64,000 nucleotides of DNA from Felis catus. Its lineage: Eukaryota. The notes under the pieces were generated by a model. It saw nothing but the letters and a program-made list of their open reading frames with translations. It was not told the DNA's origin and ran no database searches. Both the position numbers and the translations under genes were made by a program. The stretch covers positions 69,814,001 to 69,878,000 of the forward strand of contig NC_058368.1 of the NCBI RefSeq assembly GCF_018350175.1, given 5' to 3'. Numbering within the stretch: the stretch's first letter is position 1; every line of letters begins with the position of its first letter. Positions 51,957 to 64,000 of this stretch are shown here, in pieces.

Positions 51957-52200
51957 GGGGCGCCTGGGTGGCGCAGTTGGTTAAGCGTCCGACTTCAGCC
52001 AGGTCACGATCTCGCGGTCCGTGAGTTCGAGCCCCGCGTCAGGCTCTGGGCTGATGGCTCGGAGCCTGGAGCCTGTTTCTGATTCTGTGTCTCCCTCTCT
52101 CTCTGCCCCTCCCCTGTTCATGCTCTGTCTCTCTCTGTCCCAAAAATAAATAAACGTTGAAAAAAAAAATTAAAAAAAAAATAAAAAAATAAAAAAAAAA
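51957..52200 (+). mobile_element. Young felid SINE (SINEC_Fc-type)
   Basis: Near-identical to the 7522 copy; TSD aaaaaaatattccagtg. Confidence 0.92.
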
Positions 52201-52235
52201 TATTCCAGTGAACCAAAAAGACATGTTTTTAAAAT

Positions 52236-52500
52236 ACAGAGGCTTGCAGGGCAGTGAAACTATTCTTTATACTATAAAGGCGGATGCATGTCATTACATT
52301 TTGTTAAAACCTATAGGATGTGCAACGGTTATTCAAGCCCTAACATCAACTAAGGACTTTGGATGATAATGATGTCCCAATGTAGGCTCATCAATTACAA
52401 CCAATATAATCTGGTGCAGGATACTGACAGCGGTGGGGAGGGGAGCGGACAGAAGGGAAAATCTCTGTATCCTCTGCTCAATTTTGTTGTGAACATGAGT
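52236..52500 (+). mobile_element. Old L1M 3'UTR fragment
   Basis: agggcagtgaaactattct...ggatgcatgtcattacattt...ggactttggatgataatgatgtc...ctctgtatcctctgctcaattttg. Confidence 0.7.
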
Positions 52501-54323
52501 CTCTTTGTTGTTCCAGTCACTCCCCCCAGAGTCCGCACTTCCCCAAAACACGTATTGCCCACCGCTCTTTACGGAACAGAACTGCAAAATGAGCCATTTC
52601 ACTTTACCTATTAAAATTAGTTCTGGCTAACAGAGTAAAAAAACTGAGCAGTTCTGATTTAACCCAGCAACTTTCATAAATTGTCATCTCCAGACCCCCA
52701 AGTTACCTAAACCATCAAGCCTTAGAGATTAACTAAAAGTAAACCAACTAGATAAAACTCCAAAATCCTTTTCTCATGGGAACTGGCATCTTATCATGCT
52801 TAAGTTTTACACTTATTAAAGAAAAGGATTTTAACAATGCAATCACCGCAAACAACCCACCCCAACACTGCTTTCATTCTTCCCAATTCCCTCTCAGGTT
52901 GAACCAGGTGGAGTAAGGAGCCCCACAGGAAAATCAGCATCATCGATGGGGCTTAAAACGAAAGCTCTTTGTTTAGCTGATCTAGAGGCTTCTACACCGA
53001 TTTTTCCAGGTGTAACTAAAGACTAAAATGTGTGAACGCGCTTGTTGAATTCTGCTCTCCAGCTCATTGGAAAGCTGCTTTCTGATCCACCCCAGGAGCC
53101 ACATCCATTAAACCACCCATGAAAGAGATTCAGAGTGAAAAATTAAACAAATGCTAGGTACTTGGAGCTCTGGCATAGGATTTAATCTATTACAACTTTT
53201 TCAAAAGAAACTCCTGCCACCTCAGAACACTGCAAGCTGCTCCTGACTTCAGGGCAATCAGCTCGTGAACTCTGCCCACTGACAGCGGATTAACACCCAT
53301 TCCTCCACCCTGGGGCCTCGGGTGGCAATGCTCTGATGCCGGGGACAGCAGAGCTCAGAGCACGACGACTCACAGGTCTCGAACAGAGCTCGGGCACCAT
53401 TTCTTTTATCGATTTTCAAGCTGCCACCTCCTGGTTTTTCATTACTCCCTCCTCTGTGCTGCTTCCGTGCCTGACACTTCTGCAGCTGCCTTGAGCCCAC
53501 TGACAAGCATGTGTACATACATGCCTCCTGCTATTAGAATGTAAGCTCCCTGAAGACAGGGCTTATCATTTACCTTCCCAGTTCCAGTGCCAGCACTGGC
53601 GTATGACATGGCAGACCCATCTTCCTCAAGCATATACGTCTTCGCCTACAGATGCCATCGACCTTTCACTGCCTGACACTCTGCATTTTAGGTAGCTACT
53701 TAGAGTAACACATTCTCCCTACAATCAAGGACTACTGCTTGTAGCAAGTAGTATAGATGCTTTCCCAACAGCCAGCTAAAATCGGTTTTAAAACAAGGAA
53801 TCGGATCTTTAATTGGAAACTACTGAAACCTATTGCAGGGGGTGCAGTAAAGAGGTCCCATACCAGAGCCATAGTACCAAGGAGGCGTTAACAGATGGAG
53901 GACAAAGGGCCTGGGAGTAACAGAGCCAGCACCCTGCAAGAGGCCACCCTGGCCTGCACAGGGCCAGTCCTACACCAAGAAACGAAAGGAAAAGGCTTCC
54001 CTCTCCTCCAGCTGTCTTCTACCAACTGGCTTCCTGCCTTCAGAACCAGGACTCTGACCCTTAAATTATAGCTCAGTTAGGCTTATCTAGCCTAGCCTCA
54101 CAATTTACCCACCATTTATAAACTCATTTCTATAAGAAAACACGTAGGCATTCTAACCAGCAAACTTACAAATGAAATCAGAAATGAATTTGGTGAAGAT
54201 CTGTATTTTAAACTTTATTTATGACACATGAAAAATTTTACTTCTGTTTGCATCAAACTGTAACCGTGATTATGGCAATAAATTACAATCAAAATATTAA
54301 TATATCCCTTACCAAATTTTTCT

Positions 54324-54542
54324 GTTTTTTTTTTTTTTTCAATGTTTATTTATTTTTGGGACAGAGAGAGACAGAGCATGAACGGGGGATGGGCAGAGAG
54401 AGAGGGAGACACAGAATCGGAAACAGGCTCCAGGCTCTGAGCCATCAGCCCAGAGCCTGACGTGGGGCTCGAACTCACGGACCGCGAGATCGTGACCTGG
54501 CTGAAGTCGGACGCTTAACCGACTGCGCCACCCAGGCGCCCC
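54324..54542 (-). mobile_element. Young felid SINE (SINEC_Fc-type)
   Basis: Reverse orientation; TSD aaatttttctgtttt. Confidence 0.92.
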
Positions 54543-54576
54543 AAATTTTTCTGTTTTATAAAATACTACAACGCAT

Positions 54577-54970
54577 GGGGCGCCTGGGTGGCTCAGTCAA
54601 TTAAGCATCCAACTCTTGATCTCAGCTCAGGTCGTGATCTCGTGGTTCATGGGTTCGAGCCCTGCATCGGGCTCTGTGCTGACACAGTGGGGCCTGCTTG
54701 GGATTCTCTCCCCCTCTCTCTCTGTCTCTCAAAATAAATAAACTTGGAGCATCTGGGTGGCTCAATCGGTTAAACATCTGACTTTGGTTCAGGTCATGAT
54801 ATCACAGTTCATGGGCTCAAGCCCCACATGGGGCTCTATGCTATCAGTGCAGAGCCCACTTCAGATCTTCTGACTTCCTGTCTCTCTGCCCCTCTCTCAC
54901 TCTCGTTCTCCCTCTCTCTCTGAAAAATAAACATTAAAAAAAATTTTTTAAGAAACTTTAAAAAAATTTT
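54577..54970 (+). mobile_element. Two tandem Can-SINEs (junction about 54745)
   Basis: Two head/body/tail units. Confidence 0.87.
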
Positions 54971-55067
54971 AAATGCTACAAGGCAAATGGCCGGCCAGTC
55001 TACACTTTCAATGTTTCATCTTAAAATAGCAAAAACTTTTACCACACAGTATCTGACAGCACTTCCT

Positions 55068-55493
55068 CTTTTTTTTTTTTTTTTTTCAATGTTTATTTAT
55101 TTTTGGGACAGAGAGAGACAGAGCATGAACGGGGGAGGGGCAGAGAGAGAGGGAGACACAGAATCAGAAACAGGCTCCAGGCTCTGAGCCATCAGCCCAG
55201 AGCCTGATGCGGGGCTCGAACTCACGGACCGCAAGACCGTGACCTGGCTGAAGTCGGACGCTTAACCGACTGCACCACCCAGGCGCCCCAACTTCCTCTT
55301 CTTTTTAAATGTTTTTATTTTTATTTTTGATAGAGAGAGGAAGAGCACAAGTGGGGGAGGGTCAGAGGGAGACACAGAATCTGAAACAGCCTCTTGGCTC
55401 CGAGCTGTGAGCACAGAACCTGCCACGGGGCTCGAACTCACAAACTGTGAGATTATGACCTGAGCTCAACCGACGTAGCCACCCAGGCGTCCC
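55068..55493 (-). mobile_element. Young SINEC_Fc-type copy (55068-55289) abutting an older Can-SINE (55302-55493)
   Basis: Both reverse; the young copy is flanked by acttcctctt. Confidence 0.9.
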
Positions 55494-55807
55494 TACTTCC
55501 TCCTCTTCTTTAATTGCATGTCTATCCACCAACACCCATTTTCGTGTCCACGCTCATAAGAGCTAAACAAAGACAATAAATCATACAATAAAGAAAAATT
55601 TCTAAATTTGAATAAAGAGAAAAGGCAAACGAGTTCCGGCAGAATTCGGTAATGCTAAATTCCCTTATCGTTTGCCTTGTATTTCTCAAATGTTTCTATT
55701 CGTTAAAAACATACGTATCATAGAAGGGTACTAGTACAGGTTCATGTCCCTTATCCCAAGTTCCAAAACCCCCAAGTCTCTGAAACGCAACCGTTTTTCC
55801 TAAGTCC

Positions 55808-56040
55808 TTTTTTTTTTTTTTAATTTTTTTTTTTTTAACGTTTATTTATTTTGGAGACAGAGAGAGACAGAGCATGAACGGGGGAGGGTCAGAGAGAGGG
55901 GGAGACACAGAATCCGAAACAGGCTCCAGGCTCTGAGCTGTCAGCACAGAGCCTGACGCGGGGCTCGAACTCACGGACCGCGAGATCATGACCTGAGCCA
56001 AAGTCAGCCGCTTAACCGACTGAGCCACCCAGGTGCCCCC
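55808..56040 (-). mobile_element. Felid Can-SINE
   Basis: Reverse orientation, full length. Confidence 0.9.
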
Positions 56041-57245
56041 CTAACTCCTTTAGAGGGAAGATCTAAACTGATCTGAAACCAGCTGGCAGAACAGGGGCAA
56101 GTGACATGGCGCGATCCCCTCTTTGCACTAACAGACTGTGGTGGCTCCCGCCCCGTGGCCACTCCATGCAGCCAGGCATACGGACTTCAACACTGGGACC
56201 ACTGCTGCCAGCAGCCCCTCGCTCATGTGTGCACCATGTACAGGAAGGAAACACGAATACCCAGCATGAATCATATGCTATGAAACTGCTACAAAGTAGC
56301 CTGGTCCTATTCAGGGTGAATGTTTGTTCAGAGCAGTGATCTTAAGTCACCATGTTTGTACCTCCCGTGGTCCTGCCAGTTTCCATATCATCTATTACCT
56401 CTCGTTAAAGCAAAAGACTGGAAAGAAACATACATGATATTAAAGCTACCTTAAAACTAGAAAAGCTTATCACATATATAGTCTTCATCTGAAGAACAAT
56501 TCAGAAGAATACAATTCAGCCAGGCAGAATTCCTGCCGTTCACCTCCCTCAGGTCCCTACAATTTGCCTGACCCGCTGACTAGAGGACGCCCGAAAGGAG
56601 AGTGGTTTTGTGGTTGAGTTACCGTGCACACCAGTGTAGGCATGCACACACACGCACAGTCTTTGCGGGGGGGCCCCAGTCCATATGCACTGTCCTCCTC
56701 CTCCTCCAGCAGGGGATAAGGAGCCCAGCAGGAATTTGCAATACCACCTCATCAGTGGTCCAGCTTATCAACGTAAGCAAAGCAATTAACCGCAAAAACA
56801 TTAAATAACAATAACAGTGCTCTCCAATAATCCAGTTAAAGGAGAAGGAATGATGAATAAGCTTTTCTTTCTCCAAAGGTAAAAGAAAGTGGCAAGATTA
56901 CTCCAACCAGCAGAGCCAAACAGGACTGTGCTTTCTGGCTGGAGCTCTGTGTCCCACAGAAGAGGCACGCCTTACACGGAGGAGGCAAGGGTAAGTCTGT
57001 TAAGGTGATAAAACAAATCACGTGGAAATGGGGGACAATATCTATGATCCATTTCTGAATGGAAAATATAAAACGTGCACCTGTGTATGTGTAACTGCAA
57101 TGTCTTAAATATATGTATGCACAGAGACAACCAGAAAATAAGCAAAAAAAAAAAAAAAGAAAAAGGACCAAAAAAAACCCCAGCTATATTCAAGTAGTGG
57201 AACCAAATATGCTTCCGCTTTAACAATAATTTAATGGGGGACCAG

Positions 57246-57635
57246 GGCTCCTGGGTGGCTCAGTCGGTTGGGCATCTGACTCCTGATTTCGACTCAGGTC
57301 ATGATCTCGCGGTTTGTGGGTTTGCGCCCCTGCACTGGGCTCTGAACTGACAGTGCGGAGCCTGCTTGGGATTCTCTCTCTCCCTCCCTCTCTGCCCTTC
57401 CCCTGCTTGCTCTCTATATCCCTCAAAATAAATAAAACTAAGGGTGCCTGAGCAGCTCAGTCGGTTAAGAGTTCGACTTTGGCTCAGGTCATGATCTCGC
57501 GGTTTATAGGCTTGAGCCCTGCGTTAGGCTCTGTGTGGACGACAGCTCAGAGCCTTGAGCCTGCTTTGGATTCTGTGTCTCCCTCTCTCTCAAAAATAAA
57601 CATTAAAAAAAATTTAACAGATAAATAAAAATAAA
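57246..57635 (+). mobile_element. Two tandem Can-SINEs (second starts about 57441)
   Basis: Two head/body/tail units. Confidence 0.87.
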
Positions 57636-57648
57636 AGCCTTTAAAACA

Positions 57649-57870
57649 TTTTTTTTAATTTTTTTTTCAACGTTTATTTATTTTTGGGACAGAGAGAGAC
57701 AGAGCATGAACGGGGGAGGGGCAGAGAGAAAGGGAGACACAGAATCGGAAACAGGCTGCAGGCTCTGAGCCATCAGCCCAGAGCCTGACGCGGGGCTCGA
57801 ACTCCCGGACCGCGAGATCGTGACCTGGCTGAAGTCAGACGCTTAACCGACTGCGCCACCCAGGCGCCCC
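57649..57870 (-). mobile_element. Young felid SINE (SINEC_Fc-type)
   Basis: Reverse orientation; TSD taaaacattttt. Confidence 0.92.
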
Positions 57871-58271
57871 TAAAACATTTTTAATAATAATAATAATTCA
57901 ACGGGGGAGAGAGTGAGAGTATTTTCCCAGAGGCGGGGGGGGGGGGGTCCTATTTCTGGACCCATCTTCAACCCCACGTTTCACATTACTTTTTAATAGA
58001 CTACACACAGGAAACGTGGCCAGAGTTAGCGGTGGGGCTCTCACACTACAGTGGATCACCACGTGAAGGCCTTCCACTGGTTTTCAAAGAGCTTTACGAT
58101 CACAGACTCCTCAGCAGAAGCAAACGCAATTATCGCTACTCTGACACAAGAGGACAAAGGGAAGAATCATTTCCATGGAATTTCAAGACCAGCCTTGACT
58201 TCTATGGCTAAAACATGAAGAAATAATATGTGCAACAAACCCTTTAGAAAAAGTACTGAGAACTTCACCAT

Positions 58272-58520
58272 CTTTATTTTTTTATGTTATCTTTTAATTT
58301 AAATCCAAGTTAGTTAACATGCAGTGTAATAATGGTTTCAAGAGTAGTATTTAGTGACTCATCACTTACATATAACACCCAGTGTTCATCACAAGTGCCC
58401 TCCTGAGTACCCATCATCCATTTAGCCAACCCCCCCACCTCACCCCTCCAGCAACCCTCCGGTTGGTTTCTGTATTTGAGTCTCTTACAGTTTGCCTCCC
58501 TCTCTTCCCTTCCCCTATGC
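58272..58520 (-). mobile_element. Carnivore L1 3' end (5'-truncated)
   Basis: tccaagttagttaacatgcagtgtaataatggtttca...gactcatcacttacatataacacccagtgttcatcacaagtgccctcc is a reverse-complement carnivore L1 3'UTR. Confidence 0.8.
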
Positions 58521-58898
58521 CACTTAAAAGGGCTTTACATATTTTATCATTTAAAGTAACTTTCACTCTTATTTTTCAGGAATCAAAGAGTTTGTTCCTT
58601 TTGAAAATAAAATCTAAATTGTGTTTTTTTTTTTTTTTTTTTTTTTTGCAACTACAAAGAGGAAAAACAACTTCTGACCAGGAGTGCTACAGCACAAGCT
58701 TTTTAAAGGCTACTGATAGATTACAACAAAGAAAAAAGAAAATAACACACGTTATCGGCCCACACATTCATTAACATAAACATACACACACATTTATGTT
58801 GGTGGTGGGCTGAAGGGAGGGATCAGGTGGATCCTTGGCAAAACTGCTTTTCAACTCAAAACTGTTTTAAACTATGTAATCACTTAAAAACATGGCCT

Positions 58899-59100
58899 GG
58901 GGCTCCTGGGTGGCTCAGTCACTTGAGCGTCTGACTTCAGCTCAAGTCATGATGTCACAGTTCATGAGTTCAAGCCCCGCATCTGGGCTCTGTGCTGACA
59001 GCATAGATGCTACTTGGGATCCTCTCTCCCCCTCTCTCTGCCTCTTCCCTGCTTGCATGCTCTCTCTCGAAAATAAGTAAGGGTTAAAAAAAAAAAAAAA
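58899..59100 (+). mobile_element. Can-SINE
   Basis: Head, body and A tail. Confidence 0.87.
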
Positions 59101-60000
59101 TGACCCTGCTTCATGCCTAAGCAGAAATGAAATTTCAGCCCCCAATATCTACAGTCACACCCTGGGCTGCTGGTGCTAATGACCCCAGGCCCCTTTGGAA
59201 GTGTGAGCTGAGACCACCACCACCATCAGGTGTGTCCCCCTCCAGCCACATTCCACCTCCCTCCCCCCACACTTGGGAGACAAATACAGGCAGCCTAGGT
59301 AACTACAATGAGGCCAGGCCACGTAAGCACCTCGCTGTCTCCTAAAGGAGGCAAAATGGAGAAAAGCCCTCAGAATGACACAAAGTCTATTTTTAGAAAG
59401 ACTTCAGATTCTTCACTGACAAATGAGAGAGAGGAACCCAAACATCACAACTACCCTTCCTGACACAGTCCATCTCCTAAGTCTGCGTAATATCCCGTTT
59501 ACCCTTATACCGGACAAAGCCCTATAACCAACCTCAGAAAAATTACAACGCACTTTCAAAAAACATCAAGACCTCTCCCTTCCCCCCAAAAGCCATCCTC
59601 AAATAAGCAAGTGTGGTAAAACTAGAGTCTAGCTAATCACAGAACACTCCAATATAAGACTGCTAATACAGAAATACAAATCATTTTTTGAGTTAAAAAT
59701 GAAATCAACTATTTATACATAAAAGCACAAAACCTGTCACATCCCAAACATTAAAGAGTCTACTGCCCCAGAATGTACTTTTCCCAGTTTAAACATATAT
59801 GTGTATGTGAAGTGTTAAACAGAACACCCACAAGAAAGAAAAGCAAATTTGCCAGGAGACAGCCCATTCATTTCCTGACTGCCCTTCCCCCACCAGGTGC
59901 TCCTCTTGGGGACCTGTGCTCTAGCGCGGTCAGGGAGCTAGCTGGACGGTACACACCTTCCCTGAAGGTCTGCCCTTCAAATCCAATTAAGAAAAAAGAA

Positions 60001-60230
60001 GGCAACTGGGTGGCTCAGTTGGTTGACCGCCCGACTCCAGCTCAGGTCATGATCTCACAGTCCGTGAGTTCGAGCCCCATGTTGAACTCTGTGCGGACAG
60101 CTCAGAGCCTGGAGCCTGCTTCGGATTCTGTGTCTCCCTCTCTCTGCCCATCCCCCACTCATGCTCTGTCTCTCTCTGTCAAAAATATATAAACATTAGA
60201 AAAAAAAATTTTTTTTTAAAAAAGGAAAAA
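60001..60230 (+). mobile_element. Can-SINE
   Basis: Head, body and tail; flanked by aaaaagaaggcaac. Confidence 0.87.
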
Positions 60231-60508
60231 GAAGGCAACATGATATAAATACTAACAGCTCACCAGAGGTTAGTTACTGGGCAAAGGAACCAGGGGATAC
60301 CCTGCTAGGTGAGCAGATAGATGAGCAGAGGCAGAGGGGAGCAGTGAGCTGACCAGGGAGGACTGAAAAGCAGGACAAGAGGAAGCCCTCTATTAACAAG
60401 AGGCCCTGAGTTTTAAGCTGGAATTTGTATTTGATCAGGAAACAACCAGAGATTCTTAAGCAGGGAATGTCATGATAAAAACAACAATTATGAGAGGTTA
60501 TCCTCATT

Positions 60509-60710
60509 GGGGTACCTGGATGGCTCAGTCAGTTAAGCATCTGACTCTTGATTTCGGCGCAGGTCATAACCTCACGGTTCTTGAGTTCAAGCCCCACATC
60601 AAGCTCTGTCCTCCCAAGCACAGAGCGAGAGCTTGGGATTCTCCCTTTCCCTCTCTGTCCCTCCTCCACTCACCCTCTCTCAAAGTAAATAAATAAACTT
60701 CAAAAAAAAA
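60509..60710 (+). mobile_element. Can-SINE
   Basis: Head, body and tail; TSD gagaggttat. Confidence 0.85.
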
Positions 60711-60993
60711 GAGAGAGAGAAAGAGAGAGAGGTTATACTGTGGAAGACTATCAGGTTCAGGACTTATGTACTGGTTCGGGGTTTTCCAAAAGAATCATGG
60801 AATGCCAGCTCTCAGAGATGCAGTCCTTACAAAGTAAGGTTCTGACATCAAAAAAATGCAGAACACACATCTTCCTCTATTCCCCCAAAGTTTTATAATA
60901 CATGCTAAAATGGTAAAGGCTCTAACAAGTCTCACAAAAGTCTATTCAATTCCCAAAGTCAGTCTTCTACAATCCGTAAGTTCCAAGCATTGG

Positions 60994-61091
60994 TTTTTTT
61001 TTTTTTTTTTTAAGATTTTATTTTTGAGCAATCTCTACACCCAACGTGGGGCTTGAACTCATGGAGATCAAGAGTCACATGCTCCACTGAG
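60994..61091 (-). mobile_element. Short, older Can-SINE
   Basis: T tail then ...gagccagccaggcgccc. Confidence 0.82.
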
Positions 61092-61209
61092 ACTGAGCCA
61101 GCCAGGCGCCCTTAGCACTGACTTTCAATTGAGCTTTCAAATGGGCATCACTATAGAGTGTCCCACAGCGGGGAGCAGTAGGCATTTAAGGATTCTGAAT
61201 TCTCCAGTT

Positions 61210-61355
61210 TAATGGTTTCCAAAATTGTGGTCCCTGAGGCAGCCACGCACCTGGAAAACTTTTTAGTTTCTATCCCAGACCAACAGCCTAGCAGTGTGCA
61301 GTTCATCAAGCTCTCCAGGTGATGACAATAGATGCTAAACCTTGAAAACCACTGG
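61210..61355. mobile_element. MER5A-like relic
   Basis: tggtttccaaaattgtggtccctgag...aagctctccaggtgat...aaaccttgaaaaccactg. Confidence 0.55.
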
Positions 61356-63946
61356 TTTAACTAACTATGGGTACTTTTCTCAGCTAATCCGGGCAATAAC
61401 TGAAAGGCACTAAACAGAGGCCAAAGGCCCCCATCCCACCCTGGGGGATGGGGTGGGGGGGCCCTAGGGGCTCAGGAGAGGGACTGGGGATCAGGAATAG
61501 GGAAAACATCTTACTATCCAAGTCACCACCCCCCACAGCCACAATCCAGAATGCTAGGAAGCCACTTAAAAATAATACTGGAGCATGGACAAAATCTTTA
61601 AAAGTCCAAAAGAAAAAAAAAAGTGGGAATAAAAGTGCCCAAGGTACCATCTCTTATCAGGCCTGGACTGGTTTCATAGAAGCCATAAACACAATTTGGC
61701 CCTTAGGGAAACAGGGGCCTCCAGGGCAGGACCTGAGAGGCTCAATGGCAGGACTTCTGGTATAAGGAAGACCACTACCACCACCAATGCTGGCATCAAA
61801 AGTTAGGACTCTACCCCCAACAGGGCTGTTTTCGAGCTGAGGGGCCCTGGTTAAGCCTCCTGAACCTCAGTTTTCCCATCTGTAAAACCGGTGTCCGAGC
61901 CCTTCCATGCCGGGCAAGGGCCTTGAGGGTTGCCCAAGAGCCTAAGCTGCCCACCAGAGCCCTACCCTTGAGAGGAAGGCCAGATAGGTTCGTCCTACTC
62001 CTTCAAGGCTTCCTTCCACAAAGAGCAACAAATATTTACTTTCTCAACTGATCAATACAGCAAAGCCAAAGGCACCTTTACTATTCAGGGACAGGAGCAA
62101 GAGGAGAAAGAAAAGCCGCCTACCAGTTGGAGCCACTGAGGAAGTGAGTAACTCTTTGTACGTGACGCCTCTTCTTCTCTTTTTTTCTTTTCGAATTACC
62201 TCTCAAGTAATGTTTGCTATGATGAGAGCGCATCAAACACAAGGAAACTCAAACAATACCTTTCTTCGGCTGACTCTCAGTTTGTCAGGAGTTCAGGAGG
62301 CAATTTAACAACTATAACCACGCTACACGTAACTTCAAAAATTATCCTACGAGAAACTGCTCAAGATAACTGCTAACCAACGTCCAGCCCCCAAGTTCCG
62401 GGTTACTTTTCATTTTTCCTCAGTGATTTATCACTGTAAATTCCTACCCGAAAAAAGTACTTGGTTCTTAAGTAGGAAATCATTCTAGGGGAACGTCCCA
62501 AAGAGCTGCCTTCCCTGTTCATAACACGGGGTATTTAAGGAGCAGCGTCGGGCCAGGCGTCAAGGTTGCAAGGGGCAGGGAGCGAGCGGGGACCCCCCAT
62601 GGCCCTCAGTCCCCAGCACACAATTCTCTAATGTGGGGCTCTGCCATGTGTCGCCACAACACCCCGGCGGCCATTCAACACCTGCTCCGTCTCCCCCCAC
62701 AACCTGGCCAACCACCACAGAACCCATGGCCTTAACGGACACCGCCCCCACCTGCCCCCTCCCCCGGGTGGCACGCACTCAATTCCAGGCCGCGGGCTGG
62801 GCCCACCAAACCTACAGCCACCAAATAAAACGCTTCTCCCAAGAGCTACACGGAGGCTCCCAGCAATGGTCCTATGCCCACACGATCCTAAGACTAGAAA
62901 ATGGGGCACAAAGTGGAGACAAGCAGGTTGGCAGCCCGAGTTAGGGAAGTGGAGGTCACTGTTGGGGATATGGAAAAACAGGCATGTATTTACATCATCA
63001 CTGACTTACAGAGAGAGAACAGAAGGCACACTCTCCTGAAGGGAACAGGGCCTCGGGAGTCCTTCCCGGCGCCAGGGTGCTGCGAAGTCCTGACCGCGGA
63101 ATTCACATTGTACTCTTCCTGTTCATTCATTCATCTGTAACAACTGGAGAGAGGGACGTCCAGGTAGAGAGCGTCTACTCTGGTCAATCCTGAAATCCCA
63201 CTAAAACCATAATGAAAGGAGTTTTCTTAAAAGGCTAAGACTCTTGCCTACGAGGAGGGGAAAGAAGACCAAGAGCAATGAAATTCCAGAAGTGGGAAGA
63301 AAGATAGAAGGAGGGAGCGATGCTAAACTTGAGGTGGAGAGAGCAGAGAACCAAGCCCATTCGCAGCGCTGAATCCCCACAACTCAGGAACCGGCAGCAT
63401 CTAAAACAAGGAATCAAAGTCAATTAACAAAGTGGTTAGACACCCAGAAGGCCTTCCTCGCTCGGAGCTAGGCAGCTGCCCCGCCTTCCCAATCAAGGAA
63501 CTAGGGAAAGCACAGTCCCCAGAAAGGAAGCTGAGGGGGTATGGAGCCAGCAGCAGCAGACACAGCTGAGGACAGAGGCGGTGTGCTAAAAAACGGGGGA
63601 TCCAAGCTACCTGCACCCACACGCAGTCCGTCCCCTCCACCCAGTGCTCCGTGGGCATCAGGCCTCGGGAGGGAGAAGGGGTCGGCCCAGGGGAGCATCA
63701 GGTGTGGGCAATAAACGGTGCAGACAGGAGCAGGTCAGAGGCTTCTCCCGGAAGGTGAACTGCATAAAAAGCTGAAAGAAACTGACATCAGCCATTCCTT
63801 ACCTCTCGCGTCAATAGAACCACCCGGTATCACTGAGGTTGGAAAAGTTCCATTCAAGGGCTCAGATTTCCAACCAGCTCAATTGTTCCCCCACTCATAA
63901 ATACATTGGAAGGTGACCTCTACCATTAGAAATAAAAACCACAAGA

Positions 63947-64000
63947 GGCACCTGGGTGGCTCAGTTGGTTAAGTGTCTGACTTCAGCTCAGGTCGTGATC
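63947..64000 (+). mobile_element. Can-SINE head, cut by the window edge
   Basis: ggcacctgggtggctcagttggttaagtgtctgacttcagctcaggtcgtgatc. Confidence 0.85.

Larger units (their letters stand above)
1..64000 (-). other. STK24: Intragenic (mostly intronic) part of the STK24/MST3 locus
   Basis: Two minus-strand STK24 exons sit mid-window. I could not find the canonical exon 1 (MAHSPVQSGLPGMQ) or exon 3 (DTKLWIIMEYLGGGSALDL), so the flanks are inferred to be introns. The + strand looks A/C-rich, consistent with minus-strand transcription. Confidence 0.8.

Noticed and set aside
4467..60696. Recurring similar ORFs (SAQVMISRFVSSSPASGSVLTAQSLEPASDSVSP) suggesting a protein family or spaced repeat array
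   Set aside because: These are translations of dispersed Can-SINEs, not genes or a CRISPR-like array.
61900..61925. Minus-strand LPGM resembling the end of canonical STK24 exon 1
   Set aside because: No MAHSPVQ upstream, no GT donor after it and it sits beside MIR-like sequence; coincidental.

Overview
Mammalian genomic DNA, almost certainly cat or a close felid, because it carries many carnivore tRNA-derived SINEs including young SINEC_Fc-type copies. The whole window appears to lie inside STK24 (MST3, a GCKIII/STE20-family kinase), transcribed on the minus strand. Two coding exons are visible: the alternative first exon of the long MST3b-type isoform (CDS 24472-24549) and the 231-nt common exon encoding the kinase N-lobe (22736-22966). 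I did not find the canonical first exon or exon 3. The rest is intron: about 43 Can-SINEs, old L1 fragments, MaLR/ERV LTRs and DNA-transposon relics. Nearly all ORF-track entries are spurious. The most notable observations are a 143-bp, 141/143-identical inverted duplication 6.4 kb apart (36983-37125 and 43555-43697), a splice-spanning out-of-frame uORF over the MST3b start, a Leu replacing an Asn conserved in human GCKIII kinases, closely spaced inverted SINE pairs, and a solo LTR with a SINE inserted beside its TATA box. I found no convincing novel multi-gene system. Repeat family names come from recalled consensus motifs, not a database search, and repeat boundaries are approximate.
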